A stretch of 50,606 nt of DNA from the NCBI GenBank assembly GCA_045567915.1, contig JBJLCA010000013.1, forward strand, positions 1 to 50,606. Direction: 5' to 3'. Position 1 is the stretch's first letter, and each line of letters begins with the position of its first letter. Position numbers and translations under genes: made by a program. Under the pieces are notes generated by a model that made no database searches, had not been told where the DNA came from, and worked only from the letters and a program-made list of their open reading frames with translations. This document shows positions 1-8,453 of the stretch, piece by piece. The stretch is from Candidatus Poseidoniales archaeon (lineage in GTDB: Archaea > Thermoplasmatota > Poseidoniia > MGIII > CG-Epi1).

Positions 1-704
1 GAATCAGAAAAATTTGCGTGCATTCCTGAACCATTCCAATCTCCTTTGACTGGCTTAGGGTGATATTCAATATAATAACCATAAATTTCTGTTAACCTAT
101 CAAGCATATACCTAGCAACCCAAAGCTCATCACCAGCTTTCTTAGCTCCCTTAGCAAATATTTGAAATTCCCATTGCCCACATGCAACTTCTTGATTTAT
201 TCCTTCAAATCCAAGACCTGCGTCAATGCAAAGATCTGCATGTTGCTCAACAAGATCTCTGCCGTGAGTGTTTTTACCGCCGACTGAACAGTAATACAAA
301 CCTTGAGGCCCAGGATACCCTCCAACAGGGAAACCTAACGGTAATTGAGTTTCAACATCCATAATAAAGTATTCTTGTTCAAAACCAAACCAAAAATCTC
401 CATCATCGTCATCTATAGTCGCACGACCATTACTAGGATGAGGTGTACCATCTGGATTCATCACTTCACACATTACTAAAAAACCATTTTCTCTCTGAGG
501 ATCAGGGTAAATCGCCACTGGCTTTAGAACGCAATCTGAATCGCCGCCATCAGCTTGTTTAGTGGATGAACCATCAAAACTCCACATTGGACACTTATCA
601 AGGTCGCCTGTAAAGTCTTTCTTAATCATTGTCTTACTACGCATATTTTGTGTAGGTTCATAGCCATCAAGCCAGATATACTCTAATTTTGAGAATTCGC
701 CCAT
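1..704 (-). CDS. glnII: Glutamine synthetase type II (GSII, eukaryote/rhizobial GlnII-like), N-terminal ~234 codons; the C-terminus lies beyond the left edge
   Basis: Absent from the ORF track because it runs off the window. Minus-strand translation from ATG (704-702) reads MGEFSKLEYIWLDGYEPTQNMRSKT..PMWSFDGSSTKQADGGDSDCVLKPVAIYPDP..FWFGFEQEYF..GINQEVACGQWEFQIF..DWNGSGMHANFS. From memory this is near-colinear with GlnII/GSII proteins (KLEYIWLDG, FDGSST, CVLKPV, GFEQEYF, GQWEFQ, NGSGMH). Confidence 0.85.
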   Translation of the reverse strand, partial: MGEFSKLEYIWLDGYEPTQNMRSKTMIKKDFTGDLDKCPMWSFDGSSTKQADGGDSDCVLKPVAIYPDPQRENGFLVMCEVMNPDGTPHPSNGRATIDDDDGDFWFGFEQEYFIMDVETQLPLGFPVGGYPGPQGLYYCSVGGKNTHGRDLVEQHADLCIDAGLGFEGINQEVACGQWEFQIFAKGAKKAGDELWVARYMLDRLTEIYGYYIEYHPKPVKGDWNGSGMHANFSD

Positions 705-726
705 ATATAACATATCTATTGAAACA

Positions 727-812
727 TACTATATAAGAAATGCGGATAAATTAAACTAAACAATCAAAAAAAATAAGTTAAACAAGTTTATACGTGGTAA
801 TTTATATATAGG
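727..812. promoter_or_regulatory. Divergent promoter region with two TATA-like boxes, for glnII (minus) and the Lrp/AsnC gene (plus)
   Basis: tatataag at 730-737 (read on the minus strand) lies ~26-30 nt from the glnII ATG at 704. tttatatata at 801-810 lies ~26 nt from the ATG at 832. This spacing recurs across the window (see findings). Confidence 0.4.
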
Positions 813-831
813 CTGAACAAATGTTCATAAA

Positions 832-1278
832 ATGAACTTAAGCGATAAAGATTTTGAACTTTTAGCACAATTGAGTAGGAACGGTAAAGCTTCACAGAGA
901 GAGCTGGCCGCGGAAACTGGAGTGGCATTAGGAACTGTAAATTCGCACGTAAAACAACTAGAAAAGAATAAAATAATAAAAGGATATCTTGCAGAAATTG
1001 ATTCTGAAAAAGTAGGGTTTAATCTAACTGCAATAATAAACTTAAGAATTAAGAAAGGAACATTAATGGATGTACAAGCCTCAATTGCAAATCACTCAAG
1101 AGTCTTCGGCGTTTATGACGTAACTGGCGAATGGGATTCCTTGATTTTGGCTAGATTCAAAGATAGATTGGAAATGGACAAATTTATCAAGTCTACTCTG
1201 TCTCAAGAATATATCGAAAGAACAAGTACCTCTCTTGTCCTGAACACTGTAAAAGAAGAACCTCGAATCACACTATGA
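832..1278 (+). CDS. Lrp/AsnC family transcriptional regulator
   Basis: N-terminal HTH (LSRNGKASQRELAAETGVALGTVNSHVKQLEKNKIIKGY) followed by a RAM/AsnC-type ligand domain (NLTAIINLRIK...VFGVYDVTGEWDSLILARF). Typical length of 148 aa. Confidence 0.85.
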   Translation: MNLSDKDFELLAQLSRNGKASQRELAAETGVALGTVNSHVKQLEKNKIIKGYLAEIDSEKVGFNLTAIINLRIKKGTLMDVQASIANHSRVFGVYDVTGEWDSLILARFKDRLEMDKFIKSTLSQEYIERTSTSLVLNTVKEEPRITL

Positions 1279-1608
1279 TTTTAGAAAAAAACTATTGACT
1301 GATTCTATTTCGTTTATTGTTAATCCTCTTTGCAATTGACCATCCCAACGTTTAACGGGTATTCCATTATCAAAAGCAACCATTGTAGGGACTACTTCAA
1401 TACTAAAATCATCCCACAATCTCGATTCAACATCTGTAATATCTGCAATCAAAACATTATCAACTTTAGAATATTCTGCCCAATTATTAAAAAAGGAAAT
1501 ACAATATGGGCACCAATCAGCTGAAAATATAATGATTAACTTACTTTTATGAGTTATTAATTCATCTGAATCAAAATCATCTTGATTAATCTTTTGAATT
1601 GATTTCAC
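1273..1608 (-). CDS. Thioredoxin-fold protein (CPYC active site)
   Basis: LIIIFSADWCPYCISF has the WCxxC redox motif in the usual position after beta-1, with thioredoxin-like length (111 aa). It overlaps the upstream methyltransferase gene by 4 nt. Confidence 0.7.
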   Translation of the reverse strand: MKSIQKINQDDFDSDELITHKSKLIIIFSADWCPYCISFFNNWAEYSKVDNVLIADITDVESRLWDDFSIEVVPTMVAFDNGIPVKRWDGQLQRGLTINEIESVNSFFLKS

Positions 1609-2207
1609 TTCTTTTTCCAGATCATTAGAGTTTCCCTGTCCACTCTTTTACTGATTGAATCTCTAGGCATTTCTTCGGAAGCAAGTTCCCAATGCAAACC
1701 AAATAGTTTGTACAGTTCGTTTTTTGTAACTCCCCATGGGGGACCACCCTCATCCAATTCTTTATCCAATGGTAAAAAAAGCCCTAATAGTTTGCCTTCT
1801 GGCTTCAATAATTGCCAAACTACCCTATCGTATTCAAAGCGACGTAATGGGCTAATTGCACAAAAGCAAGTATACTCCATAACATAATCAAAAGAATAAT
1901 TTAAACTTTCTGGAAGATTAAATATATTCTCTTTAATCAAATTTATTCTAACATTAGCTTCCTCTGCATTCTCTTTTGTTGCTGAAATCGCATTGTCTGT
2001 GAAATCTATGGCAGTCACATCAAAACCTTGTTTAGCAAAAGTAACTGCGTCATAGCCTCTACCGCAACCAATTACGCAAATGTTACCTTTAGGGATCTCT
2101 GATGACAATCTTTGGAAAACTGGCGTTGGACCACCTAAATCCCAACCGTCCATTTCAGATTCATAGCAAGCCTCCCAAAATTCAGGAGTATTGACCGGGT
2201 CTTCCAT
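1605..2207 (-). CDS. SAM-dependent methyltransferase of the TPMT/HOL (thiopurine, halide/thiol methyltransferase) family
   Basis: FWEACYESEMDGWDLGGPTP, SAM motif I VIGCGRGYD, EYTCFCAISPLRR, GGPPWGV and a C-terminal ETLMIWKK. This follows the plant HOL / bacterial Tpm pattern (W..PWD, GCG.GYD, DYTFFCAI.P..R, GGPPY, EKL..WK). Confidence 0.8.
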   Translation of the reverse strand: MEDPVNTPEFWEACYESEMDGWDLGGPTPVFQRLSSEIPKGNICVIGCGRGYDAVTFAKQGFDVTAIDFTDNAISATKENAEEANVRINLIKENIFNLPESLNYSFDYVMEYTCFCAISPLRRFEYDRVVWQLLKPEGKLLGLFLPLDKELDEGGPPWGVTKNELYKLFGLHWELASEEMPRDSISKRVDRETLMIWKKK

Positions 2208-2276
2208 AAATTCTTAGAAAGAGGTGTTGTTAAAAAACGAGGGTAGACTTTTTGTGACGGCCTTTAATCATATAAC

Positions 2277-2759
2277 ATGACTACAGTCGTAATGCGAACA
2301 AGTGCTGGCGATATAGAAATCGAACTCTTCGATGATAAAGCTCCTAAAACTGTCGAAAATTTTCTTAAATTGGTTGATAAAAGATTCTACAATGGATTAC
2401 ATTTTCACAGAATAATTAAGGATTTTATGCTACAAGGAGGTTGTCCAAACTCTAAAGACCCTAATAATCCAAAAGCTGGGACTGGAGGCCCAGGATACCA
2501 AATTAATTGTGAGTTTCATCCTGAATTGAAACATGACAAACCAGGTTTACTTTCAATGGCAAACGCTGGTCGAAATACAGGTGGATCACAATTTTTCCTA
2601 ACTACTGTAGCTACTCCTTGGCTCGACGGCGCTCATGCAATATTTGGAGAAGTTACTAAAGGAATGCAAACTGTTCAGAAAATTGAAAACACTAAAACCG
2701 GCCACATGGACAGGCCAAATAAACCTCAAAAAATAATCTCAGTTACAAAACTTGAATAG
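2277..2759 (+). CDS. Peptidyl-prolyl cis-trans isomerase, cyclophilin type
   Basis: GDIEIELFDDKAPKTVENF, FHRIIKDFMLQGG, GLLSMANAGRNTGGSQFFLTT, WLDGAHAIFGEV. The start could instead be the internal ATG at 2292, judging by TATA spacing. Confidence 0.9.
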   Translation: MTTVVMRTSAGDIEIELFDDKAPKTVENFLKLVDKRFYNGLHFHRIIKDFMLQGGCPNSKDPNNPKAGTGGPGYQINCEFHPELKHDKPGLLSMANAGRNTGGSQFFLTTVATPWLDGAHAIFGEVTKGMQTVQKIENTKTGHMDRPNKPQKIISVTKLE

Positions 2760-2771
2760 ACCTTTATTGAA

Positions 2772-3308
2772 ATGTCAGAAGATTTAGAAGAACCAAAGTT
2801 CAAAATTCTTCATGAATACAAAGGATTTGAAGTTAGAAAATATGTTGATACAATACAAGCTAGAGTATCTTCACCAGATTCTAAAGTAGTAAACTCAAGC
2901 ATCCATTTTAGGCAAATTGCAAACTACATATTTGGGAATAACGATAAATCTCAAAATATATCAATGACTGCTCCAGTCCATACTTGGAATCAAGACGATG
3001 AGACGCTAATGGCTTTTACAATGCCCTCAAAATTTAAGCTCAAAGAACTACCGAAACCTAATGAAGAGAGAGTGCAATTACTAAATGTTAAAGGGAAAGT
3101 TATAGCTGTATTAAAATTTTCCTGGTTTTCAGGCAGCGCCCGAACTAAAAAACTCACTCAAAAGCTTCAAGATTTAATCAAGGCTGAAGGTTTAAAGCAA
3201 AACGGCAATTCGAAATTAGCAGTCTATGATAATCCAATGACAACCCTCCCATTTGCAAGGAGGAATGAAATTCATTTACCCATACAATGGAAGCTTAATC
3301 GTCCGTAG
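2772..3308 (+). CDS. SOUL heme-binding family protein
   Basis: EEPKFKIL..YKGFEVRKY, FRQIANYIFGNN...ISMTAPV, MAFTMPSKF, AVLKFSWFSG, AVYDNPMTTLPFARRNEI. This is the canonical SOUL/HBP layout. Confidence 0.65.
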   Translation: MSEDLEEPKFKILHEYKGFEVRKYVDTIQARVSSPDSKVVNSSIHFRQIANYIFGNNDKSQNISMTAPVHTWNQDDETLMAFTMPSKFKLKELPKPNEERVQLLNVKGKVIAVLKFSWFSGSARTKKLTQKLQDLIKAEGLKQNGNSKLAVYDNPMTTLPFARRNEIHLPIQWKLNRP

Positions 3309-5100
3309 AAGAACCTTCTTCCATATAAGGTATGTCAATATCTAATTGAGCTATGTACAACCCCGAAGTTATACAAGAAAGATAAGTATAACCATCGTGG
3401 TATTCTGCAGCCCACAAAAAAGGTATCCAACCAAAATCGTAAAAATTAGAATCTAAAGGTTCGCCATAGGCATTGTTTTGTGGTAATATATATGCAACTG
3501 TTGACGATAAATGAGAACTATTTCTATCATCTGAATTGCCTGTTGCAATTATTGTTTCAACATCAACAATCCATAACCCTGCATGATAATGGGAAATGTA
3601 CAAGCGACCGTCCCAACCGCCACCATAACTCTGATCTGGTTTTTTGTCATCAGTAATAAAGTGGCCTGAGTCTAAATTATGTGGGCTGAAAAGCAGCCAT
3701 TCATCTCCGTCAGAATGAGCTTCGCAAGATGCGCCAAAACAGTGTAACCCAGATGTAGGAATTTCCCAATCCCCTACTAACTTAGGTAGGAAACGTAGAT
3801 TACCGTTTACTACTTCATAATCTGTATTATCAATAACATAAATCATTCCCGTACCAACATCTGTTGATAACACCTCGACTGCTGCAGTAACCAAGTGACG
3901 CTCACCTTCTAACTCCGGGCGAATATGAGATATGTCTACCATTTCAGGATAAGGCTCAGTATAATGAATATAAGATGAACGTCCACCGTTCTCATTTCCT
4001 GTAGATCCGCTATCTGGTTCACCATCGCCATCAAAATCTGCAAAATCCATCCAATACCCTACCTCTGGAGCTCTCCATAGGCAAGTGACTGGGGAACCGA
4101 CTGTACTTTTACACCCTAATCCATAAAATAGATAATTTTCAGGACTATTGACTGGATGAGGCACGTCAGTTACATCGCCAATTCTTACCCCTGCTTCCCA
4201 ATATGCACCATAAACATAAGTTCTTTCATAACGAGGATCTTGAGGATCATCTCCAGGCCAAGTTTGAACTGTCATGTCATGAATGTAAATCCAACCGCCT
4301 CGAGTTGTCTCCCAAGCTACTTCATATTCTCCAACTTTGATAACTGTGTGACCATAACCTGAACCTGGAACTCCTTCCAATGTTCTAGCGGCCGAACCTT
4401 GTAAATTCAAATGTGCAATTGTAACTCCGCCACAAGCTTCACCAACTGCAATATCGCAACCTTCATAGTCTGGATTTGCAACAAAAATATACCACTCATT
4501 ATCAATCATGTGTGTGTATAGATTATGAGGACCACTAGGATGATCTGAATCATACCAACTATCAACCCAAACTGGATTAGTTTTATCCGTAACATCAACT
4601 AAAACTACACTAACTTGTGTAGGATCTCCCCAATCTCCTATTTGCGGATCTGCATACCCTGGATCTACTAACTGATTTTGAAGAATTACATATTCTCTAC
4701 CGCTAAATTCAAGATATTTAATGTCTAAAAGCTGTGTGTTTGGATCAGTATATTTCCCTGTAACTGTCGTATTGTAAGGATCTGTAACATCTGTAATGTG
4801 AAATTCAGACCAACCTGCTTGGTAAGCGTAAGTTCGTCCATCTGGTGAATCTGCAACTGTAACTTCTGCATTCCCTCCATTTGTTAGAGGATTATACGAT
4901 ATCTGCTCAATGTTACCACTACTCATGTTATGCATTGAAGCATCCATGTGATCATGTCCATCTTCTTGAATCAAAGGATCTTCTAAAATTAAAGTATTAT
5001 TATTTGAAGATATTTCTTCATCTGAACTTGAAAAATATGCTCCAGCACTAATCAAACTTATAGCAATTAAAGCCACTAAAGCCATTTCTTTCGTTTGCAT
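3295..5100 (-). CDS. Secreted/membrane-anchored LVIVD-repeat beta-propeller protein
   Basis: N-terminal hydrophobic anchor (MALVALIAISLISAGAY). Recurrent LVIVD-like strands are FHITDVTD, VVLVDVTD, VRIGDVTD, MIYVIDNTD and GLWIVDVE. Confidence 0.6.
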   Translation of the reverse strand: MQTKEMALVALIAISLISAGAYFSSSDEEISSNNNTLILEDPLIQEDGHDHMDASMHNMSSGNIEQISYNPLTNGGNAEVTVADSPDGRTYAYQAGWSEFHITDVTDPYNTTVTGKYTDPNTQLLDIKYLEFSGREYVILQNQLVDPGYADPQIGDWGDPTQVSVVLVDVTDKTNPVWVDSWYDSDHPSGPHNLYTHMIDNEWYIFVANPDYEGCDIAVGEACGGVTIAHLNLQGSAARTLEGVPGSGYGHTVIKVGEYEVAWETTRGGWIYIHDMTVQTWPGDDPQDPRYERTYVYGAYWEAGVRIGDVTDVPHPVNSPENYLFYGLGCKSTVGSPVTCLWRAPEVGYWMDFADFDGDGEPDSGSTGNENGGRSSYIHYTEPYPEMVDISHIRPELEGERHLVTAAVEVLSTDVGTGMIYVIDNTDYEVVNGNLRFLPKLVGDWEIPTSGLHCFGASCEAHSDGDEWLLFSPHNLDSGHFITDDKKPDQSYGGGWDGRLYISHYHAGLWIVDVETIIATGNSDDRNSSHLSSTVAYILPQNNAYGEPLDSNFYDFGWIPFLWAAEYHDGYTYLSCITSGLYIAQLDIDIPYMEEGSSTDD

Positions 5101-5119
5101 TAATCTTTCCAGTATAACC

Positions 5120-5133
5120 TTTTATTTATAGGC
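5120..5133. promoter_or_regulatory. Candidate shared bidirectional TATA element
   Basis: ttttatttatagg is centred ~26 nt from both divergent start codons (ATG 5100 on minus, ATG 5152 on plus) in a 51-nt intergenic gap. Confidence 0.4.
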
Positions 5134-5151
5134 TATTTAGAATGTATCAAT

Positions 5152-5787
5152 ATGAAAGTCAGGGAAACAATGCTGAGCACCGCATTTGCAATTCTCATTT
5201 GCTTTCTAGTTTGTTTTCCAACTACCTCGGCACATACTGGTGGCGTTTTTACGATAATTGTCTCAGAAAATGGAGTCGTACCGGGTAATGTGCAAATGCT
5301 TGTCAACGATACTGCAAGATGGATAAATGTTGACGATAGAGACAATGTAACACATCGCATATTAGTTGATGCGAACTCCGATGGAATCTATGATGGGTCT
5401 GAAGACTGGGATTCTGGTGAACTAACACACCAATGCGAACACATTAATGGTACAAAAGTCGATGAAAATTGTAATGCTTATTTTGATATACCATTTAATG
5501 AAACTTATCTAAACATGAGCTACTTTAATGTCACGGGAACATATGCTTTTTTAGATTTAGTGTATAACAAGACTTCCGAGAGTACAGAAATAGTATATGG
5601 TAATGTAACAGTAAACCCTGATTCGCATTTAACCGCTGGATTTCAGGATACAACTTCAAACGGAGGGGAAAGTGAGGATAAAGATGATAATGAAAAACCG
5701 AACTTTCTTTTGATTATTGCCGCAGCCTCAGCCTTAGGGGCAATGGTTTTAGGAGGAATGATTCTCTTTGGCAATAAAGAAGATTAA
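5152..5787 (+). CDS. Secreted cupredoxin-like glycoprotein with C-terminal membrane anchor
   Basis: Signal peptide (AFAILICFLVCFPTTSAH). Cupredoxin-like segment FTIIVSENGVVPGNVQMLVNDTARWINVDDRDNVTHRILVD. Eight N-x-S/T sequons. The protein ends in PNF + 20 hydrophobic residues + GNKED. Confidence 0.5.
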   Translation: MKVRETMLSTAFAILICFLVCFPTTSAHTGGVFTIIVSENGVVPGNVQMLVNDTARWINVDDRDNVTHRILVDANSDGIYDGSEDWDSGELTHQCEHINGTKVDENCNAYFDIPFNETYLNMSYFNVTGTYAFLDLVYNKTSESTEIVYGNVTVNPDSHLTAGFQDTTSNGGESEDKDDNEKPNFLLIIAAASALGAMVLGGMILFGNKED

Positions 5788-6301
5788 CAAGGATTTAATC
5801 AAAACTCTATTTCTTGGCCTAATTACAGTATTGGTTTTGACAAGTATTTACTATCTAAACTTACCTGGTGACGATGAAAATGAAACCGATAATTCTTATT
5901 TGAAGAGTGAAATATGTTATTATGCGCTGAATGGGATAGTCGCAGACCATCATTATCATTTACAATTAAACATAACTATTATCGAAGAACGAATTGAAAT
6001 TCCTATGAATATCGGATTTGAAAAAGATTCTGATGGAAATACTATTTTTTTACACCCTATTCACACATATGATAATAGTGGAAGAATTCATGTGGAAACT
6101 ACAAAAAATGCTACCGCTGAATTAGGATTCTTTTTTGATATATGGGGAAAGGATTTCTCAAAAAACAAGATACTAAATTATACTTCAAATGATAAGCATA
6201 GTATCGATATTTACATGAATGGAAATAAAATAAGCACATATGAAAAAACTATCCTTGAACCTTATTCTTTTATCGAAATAGTATACAAGAAAAATGACTA
6301 A
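5768..6301 (+). CDS. N-terminally anchored hypothetical protein (HP-x-HT-x-D-x-x-G-x-IH motif)
   Basis: Long ORF with no ATG near its 5' end. A TTG start at 5768 overlaps the upstream gene by 20 nt. TM helix LFLGLITVLVLTSIYYL, then HHYHLQL...LHPIHTYDNSGRIHVE...FFDIWG. The start codon is uncertain. Confidence 0.45.
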   Translation: MAIKKINKDLIKTLFLGLITVLVLTSIYYLNLPGDDENETDNSYLKSEICYYALNGIVADHHYHLQLNITIIEERIEIPMNIGFEKDSDGNTIFLHPIHTYDNSGRIHVETTKNATAELGFFFDIWGKDFSKNKILNYTSNDKHSIDIYMNGNKISTYEKTILEPYSFIEIVYKKND

Positions 6302-6332
6302 AGTTTATTTTAGAGGGTGAAAATAAACAATT

Positions 6333-7799
6333 ATGGCATCAGTTATCAACGGGTTGAAACCTGAGATTATATGGAAACATTTTGAGACTCTCACTAAAAT
6401 TCCTAGACCTTCAAAGCACGAAGAGAAAATTCTAAAATATCTTAAAAACTTCGCAAATGAAAGAAATTTTGAAATGCGTGAGGATAAAACAGGAAACATA
6501 GTTGTATTGAGGCCTGGAGGTGGTGGTGGAGAAAATGCCCCTACTATTATTATTCAAAGTCACGTCGATATGGTTTGTGAAAAGAACCGAGATTCTAAAC
6601 ATGACTTCATGAATGACCCTCTAAACTTGTACATAGATAATGGATGGCTTAAAGCTGAAGGAACTACTCTAGGTGCTGATAACGGAATAGGTGTAGCTGC
6701 CGCTATGGCTTTGTTGGACTTACCAAAAGAGACACCCCTACCTCCTTTAGAATGTTTATTTACCGTTGATGAAGAAACTGGTTTGACTGGAGCATTTGCA
6801 CTGAATGGAAAAATATTAAAAGGAAGAACCATGTTGAATCTTGACACTGAAGATTGGGGTGAAATTTGTATTGGCTGTGCAGGCGGTGGAGATTCCAGTA
6901 TTATTTTACCAACTGAACGCAAAGAAGCCCCTGCAGATTATTTGTCATTTCAACTTTCCGTAGAGGGGCTGAAAGGAGGACACTCTGGAGTAGATATACA
7001 TGAGGAAAGGGGTAATGCAATAGTTTTCATATCATCCATAATTGATAGTATATTAAAAACTACTAAAAGCTCTCTTATTTCTATAGAGGGTGGCGATAAA
7101 CATAACGCGATACCAAGAGAGGCATTTGCAAATATATACATTCATCCTGAACATGTTTCAGATGCGCAAAATTCGGTATCCAATAGAGCTAAAGCCCTGA
7201 ATAAGGAGTTTGGTTCAATTGAAAAGAGCATCAATGTACAATTTACAGGTTCCAAAGAACTTCCTGCAAAGTGTCTTTCAAACAAAAGTCAACAACTTTT
7301 AATCGGATTGTTACGAACGTTACCACATGGCGTTTTAAAATATTCACACGATGTAGAAGGCTTGGTAGAGACATCCAATAATTTAGCTTCAGTCAAGATG
7401 CTTAATAAAAAAATAAATATTGTTTGTTCAACAAGATCATCAATTTCAGAAGCTTTAGAATCTCAAAGAGAGAGAATAAGAATAATGGCTGAGGCTTTTG
7501 GTGCCACGGCTGAACAAGAAGAAGCATATCCGGGATGGGCTCCAAACGTAAATTCACCGGTACTAGAAACTACAACAAAGATATACACCGAATTACTCGG
7601 TAAAGATCCACACATATGCGCTATACATGCTGGACTTGAATGTGGAGTAATAGGTGAGAAAGTTGAGGATATGGATATGGTATCTTTTGGACCAACAATA
7701 AAAGGCCCCCATTCTCCAGATGAAAGAGTAGAAATTTCATCAGTTGATAAATTTTGGGATTTATTGCTTAAAATATTAGATGAACTTTCAAAGAAGTGA
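6333..7799 (+). CDS. pepD: Aminoacyl-histidine (Xaa-His) dipeptidase, M20C family
   Basis: LKPEIIWKHFETLTKIPRPSKHEEKI, IIQSHVDMV, GADNGIGVAAAMAL, FTVDEETGLTGA, and a C-terminal HSPDERVEISSV. Typical PepD length of 488 aa. Confidence 0.85.
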   Translation: MASVINGLKPEIIWKHFETLTKIPRPSKHEEKILKYLKNFANERNFEMREDKTGNIVVLRPGGGGGENAPTIIIQSHVDMVCEKNRDSKHDFMNDPLNLYIDNGWLKAEGTTLGADNGIGVAAAMALLDLPKETPLPPLECLFTVDEETGLTGAFALNGKILKGRTMLNLDTEDWGEICIGCAGGGDSSIILPTERKEAPADYLSFQLSVEGLKGGHSGVDIHEERGNAIVFISSIIDSILKTTKSSLISIEGGDKHNAIPREAFANIYIHPEHVSDAQNSVSNRAKALNKEFGSIEKSINVQFTGSKELPAKCLSNKSQQLLIGLLRTLPHGVLKYSHDVEGLVETSNNLASVKMLNKKINIVCSTRSSISEALESQRERIRIMAEAFGATAEQEEAYPGWAPNVNSPVLETTTKIYTELLGKDPHICAIHAGLECGVIGEKVEDMDMVSFGPTIKGPHSPDERVEISSVDKFWDLLLKILDELSKK

Positions 7800-7802
7800 A
7801 AC

Positions 7803-8453
7803 TTGATTGAAGACATTAGAACAAATTTGAAAACTAAATTATCTGGAATTGATTCCTGGAATCGAATGGCTGTGAAACCTATCAAAAATAATATTATCGA
7901 TAATGAGAAATTAATAGATTACAGTAAATTATTATCTAAGGACAACTTAGTAAAAATGAAAAAAGCTTCAGTGCTAGTGTGCTTCTTTGAAAGGAATGGT
8001 AATTATTATTTTCCATTGATTAGACGGCCAATACATGAAAAAAATCACCCTGGTCAAATTGCACTACCCGGTGGATCAAGAGAAGATGGCGAAACTTTAG
8101 AAAAAACTGCATTGCGAGAAGCTTTTGAAGAAGTTGGAATTCTTCCCAAAAATGTTGATGTAATTGGTCAAATGACGCCCTTACCTGTTCCTGTTTCAAA
8201 ATATATTATCTATCCATTTATAGGAATAACTAAGGATGAACCCAAATGGAATCTTAATGATAGAGAAGTTGATGAACTCATTGTATTAAGATTTGACAAA
8301 CTTCTCAGAGCTGATAACGGGTACTATGAAGATTGGACGATTAAAGAAAATAATCTTAGAGTCCCCATATTCAAAATTGAAAATATGGAAATATGGGGAG
8401 CTACAGCTGCAATTCTAAGTGAATTAATTGACCTAAGTAAAAAATCTAACTAA
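7803..8453 (+). CDS. NUDIX hydrolase, CoA pyrophosphatase-like
   Basis: Nudix box LPGGSREDGETLEKTALREAFEEVGI. The preceding ASVLVCF...PLIRRP segment resembles the NudL/Nudt7 type. TTG start at 7803; the first in-frame ATG is at 7866. Confidence 0.7.
   Translation: MIEDIRTNLKTKLSGIDSWNRMAVKPIKNNIIDNEKLIDYSKLLSKDNLVKMKKASVLVCFFERNGNYYFPLIRRPIHEKNHPGQIALPGGSREDGETLEKTALREAFEEVGILPKNVDVIGQMTPLPVPVSKYIIYPFIGITKDEPKWNLNDREVDELIVLRFDKLLRADNGYYEDWTIKENNLRVPIFKIENMEIWGATAAILSELIDLSKKSN

Noticed and set aside
5680-5787. Calling the PNF-TM-GNKED tail a bona fide PGF-CTERM/archaeosortase signal
   Set aside because: Only one protein in the window has it, the tripeptide differs from the described PGF/PEF signals, and no archaeosortase gene is visible here. 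It is kept only as a low-weight hypothesis in the findings.
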